Assembly (NCBI GenBank): GCA_000934665.2
Contig: KZ538728.1
Location: 1-50,699 of the forward strand
From: Catajapyx aquilonaris
Lineage: Eukaryota
Length of the DNA: 50,699 bases
Direction of reading: 5' to 3'
Positions 10,782 through 21,412 of this stretch are shown in pieces; within the stretch, counting starts at the first letter, position 1, and each line of letters opens with the position of its first letter. A program made the position numbers and the translations under genes. Below the pieces are notes generated by a model, which saw nothing but the letters and a program-made list of their open reading frames with translations, ran no database searches and was not told the DNA's origin.

Positions 10782-13700
10782 GGACCTCTATTTATAGGTG
10801 TGGTGGACTTGCGGTGTGGGACATGCAATGGGAGTGACTTTACAGGAGTGCCAACTTTACAGAGCATGCAAGGTTTTCGCTGTTACAGATCTGAGATAAC
10901 ATCTGTTCCACTTGCATAAGTATACTACAGGCACTAAAGAATCAAAAGCTACTTCAACTTCCAGAAAATGTGGAGGCAATTGTAGGCCACATTTGCACAT
11001 ACAATTACTGAAACCACAACACAATCAATTATAATACCTTCTCTTGCTTCCCGGTCACTTAAAATTTTCTCCAGGCGAGATGCTGGAATTTTCTGAAAGG
11101 CTTCATCTGAGGGAGCAAATATTGTGTAGGTTTGTCCGGTTGATTTCAGTTTCTGAATGAAATTGGAGTCTCTCATTGTTTTGGCTAACTGTGAGAAACG
11201 ACCATCCTGAAAAATGTAGAAACGTGATAAAGCTTGACCTGCACATTGGGTGTAAGTACGGTGAAACATGTCTACAATGAATTTTGGACACAGGGGAAAT
11301 TGTCAATTATGGAACTTTGATTCAGTCTGGCACAGGATTTCCAATGTACTGTAGGCTTACTCCTGTCACACGTAACAGAAACTTATTCAATGCTGATTTC
11401 TACAAACATGTTCCACTATACGTATTATGAATGAAACTTGAGTAAAGTTCTCAATTTTCTTACTTGCAATATCATATCTGCCACATCCATACGAGATACT
11501 ACAGCTGGGTCCAAAACATTTTCAATGAGATGAACAACTCCATTTGTTGCCTGTTGGTTCTTCCTCACGATCAGGGCACAATTAGCAGTTTCCATCTGCA
11601 ACAGTCATGATCAAGGCCTTCAGTTATAGACAGTATTATTTTAATGTGGACTCTTTTTGTAGCTTGAAGGGAAGAGGAGGTATTGTTGCACTCACCCCAT
11701 TGGAATATCTATTAATTCTGATGGGACGTTCATTGTACTTTGACACAAGGACTAGATTAGCTGAGAATTCATCTGCTGGAACTTTCCTGTCCACCAAATG
11801 ATAAAGAACAAATGGATTTCTAGGGTCACTCAATGACCGGTTCAGTTTTGTTTGCATGCTTCGAGTAAGGCTCTGAAATAACAAAAAAGGTGTCTATATA
11901 AGAGTTTGGCAATTTGTCTCATTCTTAACTTCTGGAACATATGAGTACTTTGTAGTGGTATTATACATGGAAGGATGATACATATAGGCCTACTAGGCGC
12001 AAGATAACTCATGCGTTTTGGGGCTGGCTTGTGTCCTTGGCAACCATAATTAGCCCCGCCCCCTGCTTAGTTTTTTGTATGGAATTTAGAACGATTGGTG
12101 GGGAAATATTTCCCCCCTGCTTGGTTACCAATTGTGTAAGTGTAAACAAACTCATCTCATTCTTGAGGTTTTAGAACATACCACCCATCTCCTTTGAAAT
12201 CGAATCCTGATTGGTCGACCGGTATAGGGGGCAGGGCTAAATATATGTTTCCCAAGGACACAAGCCACCTCCCAAAACGCATGAGTTATCTTGTCCCTAT
12301 AGTATACCCTTGGCCCGAGGAAGTATGAAAAATTCAATTTGCATTAAATGAAATGAAACTGACAAATTTTGTGATTCATTTTGCTTGCTTATGAACTCTT
12401 CCCTGGTTGTAAAAATGTCATATCTGCAATGTTCAATAAGGCTGAGTGTTGCTCGTCCAATACAACACTTAACGTTACTGCACAATACTGATACAGGTAC
12501 TGATATACAATTTTTTTCTGAGCAGGGTAGGACTTATATCAGCTCAGTAAAATACTCACCAGCATGCAACAAATCAGTACTCATTTATGATTTTCCCAGA
12601 AAATTAACCATGAACCAAGTTCTAGTTTATACTTTTGCTATTTTACCTTTATATTACGACTTGCAATCTTTAGGACAATCAAGTAGTAATGAGCAGGTTA
12701 AGTAGTTAGTATAGGGAGAAAATTATCACACAATCATATGCACTGGACTGGAGTAAGTTCAAAAATATTATCAGATTGGAAGTATTTCTATATTCATAAT
12801 AGTATTGTGGTTATGTGGTATCATTGATATAACATAAAGTATGCAACATTACCGGTATTTCTGCATATCATTACACTGATATACTTGTCAAAAGTACAGA
12901 TTGACATGTACATAATTATTTTCTCCTACCGTACTGTACTGTACCATTATTTGCCACTGATAAAATGCTGCGAATAGTGCAAGACATGCTTGACTTCATG
13001 CTTTTTATGCAGGATGGCAGGCTTGATAGGCTGACAGAGTAATTCGAAATTTAAATATTTGCAATTAAATAAGTGTAAACATGGTCTTCCATCATGATAA
13101 GCCGTGGTGATGATGTCGCTTGATCAGAGAAGCCAATAGCATTGTAATTTGCAGCAAGACTGCAAGAGCACATCTTGATTTTAGTAGGTTATCATAAAAA
13201 TACAGTCTATGACTTTATGCAATGATAAAGGTCACTGAAACATCAATATGCCTATGTCAAAATTAAATTAAGCATGTTTTAAAAGTTAATGAGCCAGAAT
13301 AACAGTTGACTCCGGATATAACAGCCTCGGCTATAACAGATTCTTAACTATAGCCGACTCGAAAGGCTGGTCTTCCCATACTTCCATATATGGTCTGTGT
13401 AGTGTATCTGACTATGACAGAGCTAGGTTATATCAGATTGATTTACACAGGCTCTTGAAGTCTGTTATATCCAGAGTCTACTGTACATTATCCATCAACT
13501 CCGTATAGCCACACTTTGGCCTGTGTTAGTAAAAATTATTACAAATATGATTCTCCATTGTAATTTAGGTGGTTTCAGGCTGACTACAAAGAATGGAATG
13601 CTTTTTATTATACTGTAAGCTTCTTTGGGCAGGAGAGTCATAGTATTCCAAATACCTGCTATACCACATTGTAACAATATTAAAATTAGTGGAAGTCAGC

Positions 13701-16700
13701 AATGGGAATGGATGCAATTACCCGATAATGGTACATACATTTATGAGCTAAATAATGATTGGGACTCCCAGCCATAGTTGGCAGCTGGCAGAGGATCCCC
13801 AATCTTTTTGCTTGCAACTGTACCTGTGATAGGTAGGCTACAAGTATTCAGATACCTCATTTTGCAGAATTTGTGAGAAATCTAGTTGCAGAATTATGTG
13901 AAAACGAACTTGGAAGAACTGGTTAATGGTTTATTAATATCAAGTCTGAATGATTTTATTGATCACCTTGTACAGTATATAGAGGATGAGTCAAAAAGGA
14001 CACAACACATTTGAAAAAGAAATTATTGGAAATGTTGTGTTGTATATGAAATGAAAATGAAGTTGCAAAGAGCGTAAACTTGGTGCTACAAAACTATTTC
14101 ATTTCTGTTGCTCAATGGCAAGAAAGAAGATCACCAACTGGAAGTCCTCATTATTTTGAAAAAGTTAAGAGCTTAAATAAATAATGTATATGTTTCCTTT
14201 ACTAGGTGATGTAAAACATTGTTTCTTATTATCTCAGAGTTCTGTAACCATCTCCTGAACATAATCCCACAGTAAATATTTAGACACTGTGAGATCCGAT
14301 GGGTTGTCATGTACACGTTACATACCGGTACTTCCAACCCTACTTCCAGGACTGTCTCTTCTCAAGTCTTGTCACAATGAAATATCAAATGTCTAGTGTC
14401 ATTTCTGACTCACCCAGTATTTTGAGAACAGGGAATCCCACCTCAAATGCGGAGTCAATTGGTGCGAAGAGTGTCATTGGTCCTTCAGATGTCAGCAAAT
14501 GAGTCAATCCTGCACTTTCCACATAATCAATAAACTTTGTTGCCCCTAATTCCTTTGCTGTTTCCACAATATTCTTCAAGGGCTTAACTGCCAAAATAAT
14601 TACAAACTGTAGTGCTATCTTGAAAAAACAAGCCATGTTATAAATTCATCTTACCTCCAGTGCACCCTTCTTCACCTGGAACTTGTTGATATCCTTCGCA
14701 ACATTCGTACCTTATGATACTTTAAAAGTTTGCAGTAAGGCAGAGTTCACGGTCAATTATTATGAAGAGTTGTGCACTTACGTTTTCATTCCACACACCT
14801 TCCTATCGACCCAGTACCGGCATTCAGTCCAGTATTTCCTATCTTTCCCTGGAGTTTCTTCTACTACACAAGCATTAGGCCTACATGGTAATGTAAATAA
14901 TGAATGGTATGGTGGTAATGAGGAGCAATATAATTTTCTATCAATAGGTGTACAGCTTGTGAAAGGCCAAAAGTTTAAAGAAAGAATAAGAAACAAACCT
15001 TCCACTTGCTTCTCTCTATTTTAACATAAGGGAATTGAACCACCAAACATTTCTGTTAAACGAAAAGAAATACGACTTGCACGTATCAATAACAAATGAT
15101 TCATTATTCATTCATTCATTCATTACATCACGGCATTATCCCAAAAATTGGGTAGCCAGTGACGACTAGTGTGTACTATATCACTCAAAAAGATGGAGAT
15201 GATTTTGAATTGAAACCAAATGCACAATCGTCTCCATTATTTTGAGTGATATAGTATATCGAACCATCTTGTGTGACCATTTAACTAACATAACACACAC
15301 AAATTGATTTAAGTTAATCTATTAATAACTAATATTAATTATATTAATAACCAATACTAATTATATTAATAACTAACATGAATTATATTAATAACCAATA
15401 CTAATTATATTAATACCTAACATGAATTATATTAATAACCAATACTAATTATATTAATAACCAATACTAATTATATTAATAACCAATATTAATTATATTA
15501 ATAACAAAGTATGAATTATTAATAATTATTACAGCATGTAAGGAATTCTTAGCATTTCTCCAAACTTGACAAAATCATTACCTGGCAGGAGGCTGACAAT
15601 CTTTGTGCTTCTGATTTTTTTCTCTCAAACAAAATGTTCTACATAGCCGATACTTTTATGCATACTTTAGGATAAATAGGTCTTCCAAATGTACATTTTC
15701 ACCAAATTTTATATCTTGTCCCTTTTTAAGTCAAAGGTCGTTATTTGACCTCACAAAAATATTAAGTTTATGTACTTTCCAAAATTGCCTGCATTATTAC
15801 ATAATGCCAACAAATTGAAACCTACTTCACAAATGCAAATACCTCAATATGATTTAAATGTTTTTTTGTGTAAAAGTAACATTTTTTAAATAATCTTGAG
15901 ATTTCTCTAACCCACTGTCCTTAGCGGATAAGATAAGAGGATAATACTCGTACTTACTTGTTAGTACTACTACATGAGCTACATATCTATTAGATGAAAA
16001 CTTCTCACAACCTTGGATACACAGATGTAGGATTATATATTTAAATAATTTTGATTGATTTGTCACAGAATTGTCCAAAAGCATCGTGAATTTTATGCAC
16101 GTCAAGAAAAGCACTGCTCTCCTGCCTATGAGTGATAGCCTACTAACTGTGAGGGGTGACTTACACTTGTATAGTATGCATGCAATCCTATTCCAAATGC
16201 ACCTATCCTGCTAGCAAGCAGCATTTTCACACAGACCGTCGCTTGATATCGATGTATTCAAATGCTCTAACCCGAAAAAAAAATTAGCAAATCAATGCCA
16301 CTGCTGCAAAATCAGTCCAGTTGAATAATCGGCCATGCAGATTAATATTGCATGGAAATGAAATTATCAGCCGAGCTGCTAATTTGACGAAACGCGGCCA
16401 GCTTTTTACACAGCCGAATTTTCAGCAACGAAACAGAGCGACTTGAATAAATCCCGCTTGCAATGGCAAATTATCACAAACGCAAACACGCCAACATCAC
16501 GACCTGTGTGCATAAAATAAATCGACTCCCCCCCCCCCCNTTTCCTCCACTACACCTCTAACGACTTTCCAAATCCGCATTCATTTGCATTTAAATCGCA
16601 CTGCCCGACGCCAGTAAAGCCCATTCCACATGACAATGAGATTTGCAATCGACAGCTTCCCCTCCCATCCCCACCCTACCCCTTTTTCAAATCCCCCCCC

Positions 16701-17365
16701 CCAAAAAAAAAGAGCCTACAAGTCAACTCGAAACCGTGACCGAAAGCCTCCTAATTGGTTGTTTTACTGGGCGCTTAATTGGAGAAACAGCGACCTTGAG
16801 GTAATCCGAGAGTTTGGCGGGATTTTAATCCCGCATTCCGGTCAGTTCACATACCAAGAGCGTCGTAAAAATTCGGCGCCCCCAAATGATTGACGGTATT
16901 ATCTCTTCTAAGCCCAAGCTTTACTTTCGCTTTGGGCAGTCTTGCATATGAAAACAAATCGGGCTCTGATTTATCTGATTGGCATACGACGAAAACCTAG
17001 GATAGAGAATGATCTATTCTCATTTCGCAAAAGTGCCAGAAATATGACGAAGGACGTATACGACTTATTTGTTATGAATAGAGTAGCTCTATCTGGGTAA
17101 GCATGAATTTATTGGTGATGAAGTTGCCAAATTATAGTTGACATATCAAATTATATCACTGCGAAATATTCGCAGTTCTCTGTCCAATGCAACCTAACAT
17201 TGTCGCACAAGCATGACCCCTTTGCTGAAAGAGAATAAGTAGGATTAGTTGTTCGCAAACTCACCCTTGATCTTGAGCGAGCTTAATTTGCCACCAGGGA
17301 ACCCTGACAGCCACAACTCCACTTATTGTCAGCAACAGTACACTCCAAAGTTGAACAGGTACCAT
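7014..17365 (-). CDS. TGFBI: TGFBI (beta-ig-h3)/periostin-like secreted protein: signal peptide + EMI domain + four FAS1 domains, about 685 aa, 13 exons
   Basis: Phase-consistent GT-AG exons: 17365-17265 (MVPVQLWSVLLLTISGVVAVRVPWWQIKLAQDQG), 14880-14782 (PNACVVEE...VCGMKT), 14719-14655 (IIRYECCEGY...GCTG), 14587-14442 (TLFAPIDSAF), 11872-11696, 11595-11464 (ATNGVVHLIENVL), 11206-11038 (YTIFAPSDEAF), 10609-10400 (SNGVIYMLDDIM), 10343-10206 (YTVFVPSEAAM), 8819-8513 (MNGVIHVINKVL), 8336-8171 (FTFFVPNDEAF), 7422-7196 (TNGIVHVIDRVL), 7134-7014. Total 2058 nt. Four FAS1 H1/H2 motif pairs; QGPNxC start as in TGFBI/POSTN. One-to-one orthology to TGFBI rather than POSTN cannot be resolved. Confidence 0.93.
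9175..9345. mobile_element. PIF/Harbinger-like MITE nested in the piggyBac element
   Basis: TTA flanks; TIR AGGTGCACTTACATGTGAGCGATTTG / CAAATCACTCACATGTAAAGGCATCT. Confidence 0.7.
9604..9687. repeat. Near-perfect 84-bp hairpin (mini-MITE)
   Basis: ATATCGTCGGTGATCATGCAAAACCTCGTATCT / AGATACGAGGTTTTGCATGATCACCGACGATAT. Confidence 0.85.
10713..10781. repeat. (AAT)n microsatellite, possibly the tail of a minus-strand retroelement
   Basis: Directly visible. Confidence 0.95.
11993..12299. mobile_element. Foldback MITE
   Basis: CAAGATAACTCATGCGTTTTGGG...GGCTTGTGTCCTTGG / CCAAGGACACAAGCC...CCCAAAACGCATGAGTTATCTTG. Confidence 0.75.
13303..13483. mobile_element. Tigger/pogo-type MITE (related copy 27941-28041)
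   Basis: CAGTTGACTCCGGATATAAC / GTTATATCCAGAGTCTACTG followed by TA. Confidence 0.7.
15175..15256. mobile_element. ~85-bp hairpin MITE, copy 2
   Basis: TACTATATCACTCAAAAAGATGGAGA...TCTCCATTATTTTGAGTGATATAGTA. Confidence 0.7.
15315..15530. repeat. 22-bp AT-rich minisatellite (AATTATATTAATAACCAATACT)n
   Basis: About 9 imperfect tandem units visible. Confidence 0.9.
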
Positions 17366-19166
17366 GTTTCGGGGCTAACTAAATCCCCCCTCCCCTTGAA
17401 AGACCGGCTATCTCGCACAAGTTTGAAACTAGTAATGGCAGCGAAGGGGGTATCCTTAAGGAACCATCTATAGTCCGGGGGCGTTTGAAGGGGGGCGGAT
17501 AGGGGGAGATGTTGGTGGGGTGGCTTTGGACCAGTTGGTTGGTTGGCAACTATACCTCCCACAATCCCTCATCCGCTTTCAGGAAAGGAAAGAAGCAGAA
17601 GAAGGAGAAGGAAAAAAAAAAAAAGCGGCCAAGGATTCCTAGGACACGAGAGAAGATTGCCCAATTCCCGCGTCAAGTCATGTCGCGAAACTTGTCCAAA
17701 ATAAGAGAGGCATGTTCTGCTCACTAATGATTAAGGCTGACATTTTTTTTTTCCAGTCAGGTGAAAGGGTTTGAACTTCTGGAGTACGATTGACAAATGG
17801 GTCGTTCGGAATGAGGCCGGGTATATGCCTACGAAGTTTGCAAATAGTGATGAGTTGGGGGCCCTCACTGGAGAATTTTTGGTGCCAGGCTCATTTCAAA
17901 ATCTATGCAATTTTCTGTCAGAAACCAACACAAATAGCGCCTAAATTACAATGTGACACTCTTTCTCCACCGCATGTAAATGTAGCACATTACGCAATTT
18001 CCAGACAACGGTAACGAACAGCGTGGGCAATATTCTCAAGGGCATCAGTCCTTCTTTGCACCTCGAATGTAAAAATAAAGACAATTGACTCTCCTTCGCC
18101 ATGACCTTGTTTGATTAGCATGCGTCGTATATATCTGAGTAACATAGTGCTAATCTGGTTTTCAGACTGGAGGCGGCATGCGGGCTGGGATGATATGTGG
18201 AGCTCATAAAAACAGGGTGAGGAAAAAAGTGCGTCACGCCATCCATCTGTCTTTTCCTCTAGCGAAGTGATGATTAAGACCTCAGAATTTTTCGCCCCAG
18301 GCAAGGGAATCCAAAGTGATATGCTGGAATTGTCTACCTGCCGAATTCGCAAATATAGAGAAATATTTCGGATTTGTGATGCTACGTAACCCAGTTCGGG
18401 AACTGTCATTAGGGACCATCCATAAATTACGTGGACACTTTTTTCAATCCCCCCCCCNNNNNNNNNNNNNNNNNNNNNNNNNNNNNNNNNNNNNNNNNNN
18501 NNNNNNNNNNNNNNNNNNNNNNNNNNNNNNNNNNNNNNNNNNNNNNNNNNNNNNNNNNNNNNNNNNNNNNNNNNNNNNNNNNNNNNNNNNNNNNCCCCCC
18601 TGTCTATGTTTATGGACTGCCCCTTAAATCTGCAAAAATCCTCCTTCTTGATACTTCCTTGTATTTTGCAGTCCCTCAGCCACACCCTACTATTACATAG
18701 GGCCTACTGTTTTCCTCAAAGACCACTACTTCAATGTATGGTGTTACACATTCTCTAATTAACACTTTTCAGATTTTCAGGAACAATGTGATCGATAATA
18801 ATTATACTTAATAATATGTGCTAGTCATATTGCCACTTGCTTACCTTTTGTAGCCAAGTACAGGGTGCTCAAGTGAACTCAGATAAGTAGAAATCTCACT
18901 TATGTTTCCAAGTCCAGTTGGTGCCATGGATTAATGGTGTGATGGGTTACTTTCTTGCACAGAGACTGAACCTTTTTCTGAACGACTTACAAATACCAAA
19001 TTTACATGCTAGAATGAGGTTATTTCCAGCAACACAGACTTGAGCTGACATTTGGGGAGCGTCCTGTATCATATTTACCAATTAATGTAGCAACCACCGG
19101 GAAGCATTATGAAAGGCAGGTCTAGCTGAAATATTTAAGCGCACATTATGATAATTTTATGCCATG

Positions 19167-19258
19167 TACCATGGGCGCCAAAAGAATTGACCGGATTTGA
19201 TGGGTATATGGCGCTATATACCCATCAACTCCGGTCAATTCTTTTGGCGCCCATAGTA
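19167..19258. mobile_element. Near-perfect 92-bp palindromic mini-MITE
   Basis: ATGGGCGCCAAAAGAATTGACCGGA...TCCGGTCAATTCTTTTGGCGCCCAT, TA-flanked. Confidence 0.8.
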
Positions 19259-19267
19259 CAATAGATC

Positions 19268-19721
19268 AATTGAAGAAGTCACTTGCCAACAGTCCACGAG
19301 GTGAAATTTTTCAGGAGACACTAAAAACTGCATATACTGTATGTGTAATCGGTCCATTCAGAGTTTCGCGGTTTATGATGCTCATAAGGCACCATTATAC
19401 ACACCTAGTGGCATAAATATCGTCTACTAGAACGCAATAGGTCAGAGTCTATTGAAGGTCAAAATCTGTGGACTTGGGCCCTTTGGCAAGTGAACACCCT
19501 CACCAACATTTCCTGTTGCAAATTTCAGTGGTATAGTCATGCCTGTCCATCTCAACACATCATATTCATAAAGTAGTACTTCAATTTTAAGGCACTTCTG
19601 ATTGACTTTGGCTCTTCATCTTCACCAGGGCTGAGGCCCGACTCCAAGAGTAGGAATCCTCAATAAAACAGTTTTTCGAAATTTTGGGACTTGAGCCCTT
19701 TGGCAAGTGACGTCTTCAATT
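19268..19721. mobile_element. MITE with AATTGAAG TIRs
   Basis: AATTGAAGAAGTCACTTGCCAA / TTGGCAAGTGACGTCTTCAATT; internal repeat GGACTTG(G/A)GCCCTTTGGCAAGTGA. Confidence 0.65.
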
Positions 19722-19729
19722 TATAGTTA

Positions 19730-19982
19730 TAATAATGGATACCCCGTGATAAACCTCTTTGGGCTTTTCATCTTTTAATTGACCGACTTTAATCATTGCC
19801 TTTGCGGTGATGGATTTTGATAGCAGGAGGAAACTGGAGAACCCCGAGAAAACCCACGCAAACATGGAGAGAACCCATCGAACCTCTATCCACATAAGTA
19901 TCCCTGTCCGACCTGGGGATCGAATTCGGGACCTTAGAGGTGGAAGGGTGTGGCGCTAACCACTGCGCCACCGTGTTGCCCT
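19730..19982 (-). mobile_element. tRNA-derived V-domain SINE, copy 2
   Basis: Reverse complement of the 1122 SINE; intact A box TGGCGCAGTGG; flanked by TTATAGTTAT repeats. Confidence 0.85.
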
Positions 19983-21412
19983 AATTATTATAGTTATCAC
20001 AATATAATATCACAACTGAAGGTCTTCACCATCTTAATTAATTAATCATTTCTTAACTTATTTTAGGAAGTTATGAATTATGAGAAACTGTGGAGGGTAT
20101 CGAGTAAACATGACTTGATTTCAGGGTAGCAACCAGATTGAAAGAGCACTTGATGCCATGTTTAAATCTGCATTAATTCCTCTACTTCCATACTTACCTT
20201 CAGATTTTTGTTTTTGTTTTTTTTTGACCCCGTGATAGAGCCATTGGCTCCCTTACGGGGAGTTCATCCCAATTTTTTGTCAGGAACTCTTTGCTTTTTA
20301 CTTTTTGCTTCGCTTTTTGGGAAGGGATAGGGATGGAAGGAAGTGGCTGTGGCCTGTTACTTACCTTCAGATTATAAAGGCTAAAATAAAACATGGAACT
20401 GTAACATGACTGACTTTTATATTACACTGTTTCAGGCCACCCAGGTTGAGACTAGTGAACATAAACTTCTGTGTTCCATTTTCCTTGGTTGAAACTTTTT
20501 ATTAGCAATAACAGTGCATAAGATTTCAAACTAATACAGTAGGCTACTATATCGATGGAGTTTAGGAAAGAAACAAAAATCATTATTTCATATGCTAAAC
20601 TTTAAAAAGACATCAGAATTTCACTGTTTCTAATATCAAAAATGGTACTGTATTACAGCAACAAATTACACGAGGTAGAAACCTTCTCAAACAGCATTCA
20701 TTATGTCACTAATTAGGAAACCATAAATCCATCGAAATATTGCAATAATTGAATGCTTATAAAATCATTTCTATTTATTGATAATGAGAAATAAGGTTTC
20801 ATCCCAAATTTTGTCTTATAGTAACACTTTGAGCCAGATTTCAGTTCAGAGTTCCTGGAAGCGGATTTAGAAACATCTGTTTTGGCTGTCCTCCTTGTTG
20901 TTGTTGTGTGGTTGCCTGAAGAGTTGAGTGACTTAATACATGTTGATGGCAGAATCATATATACTCCCTTCTGTTGACCTAACCCATTTTTTAGATTCTG
21001 GCGGAATCTCAATACTGGTAGTACTTTCACCACCCGCCCTAAAAACTGCATATTTTGAGGAAGTGAATATGACCTTTGATAGAAACCAGTTGTGGTTACT
21101 GTCAGATCTTTATTAGGATTAAAACAGTTTAGAAGAGCAGTGCATGACCCAATGAAGAGAATAACGTCACCCACATATGACATCACAATCATGCTTGTTT
21201 TTTGCTTTGTCATGCTTGTGGTTCAGTTGATATCATCTTGAATTTTGGTGAAATAGGATGATTAACCTATTTCCTCGGTATTTATAGACAGCTCCTTCTA
21301 TCCACATGTGACCCACTTACAATTTGCAATGACAAATCATACATAGAATTTACATTTTATTTGTGGGCTTAACAAAGGAGGGAGGGGGGTGGGAAAGGAA
21401 TGGAATTGGTTT

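Noticed and set aside
15577..15600. TTACCTGGCAGG resembling the U1 snRNA 5' end
   Set aside because: Similarity stops after about 12 nt; no U1 stem-loops or Sm site.
17990..18700. Long ORFs of 231, 103 and 89 aa
   Set aside because: Artefacts of reading through an N gap.
20713..21213. 166-aa minus-strand ORF downstream of EMC6
   Set aside because: No recognisable domain or splice context; most simply EMC6 3' UTR or downstream sequence.
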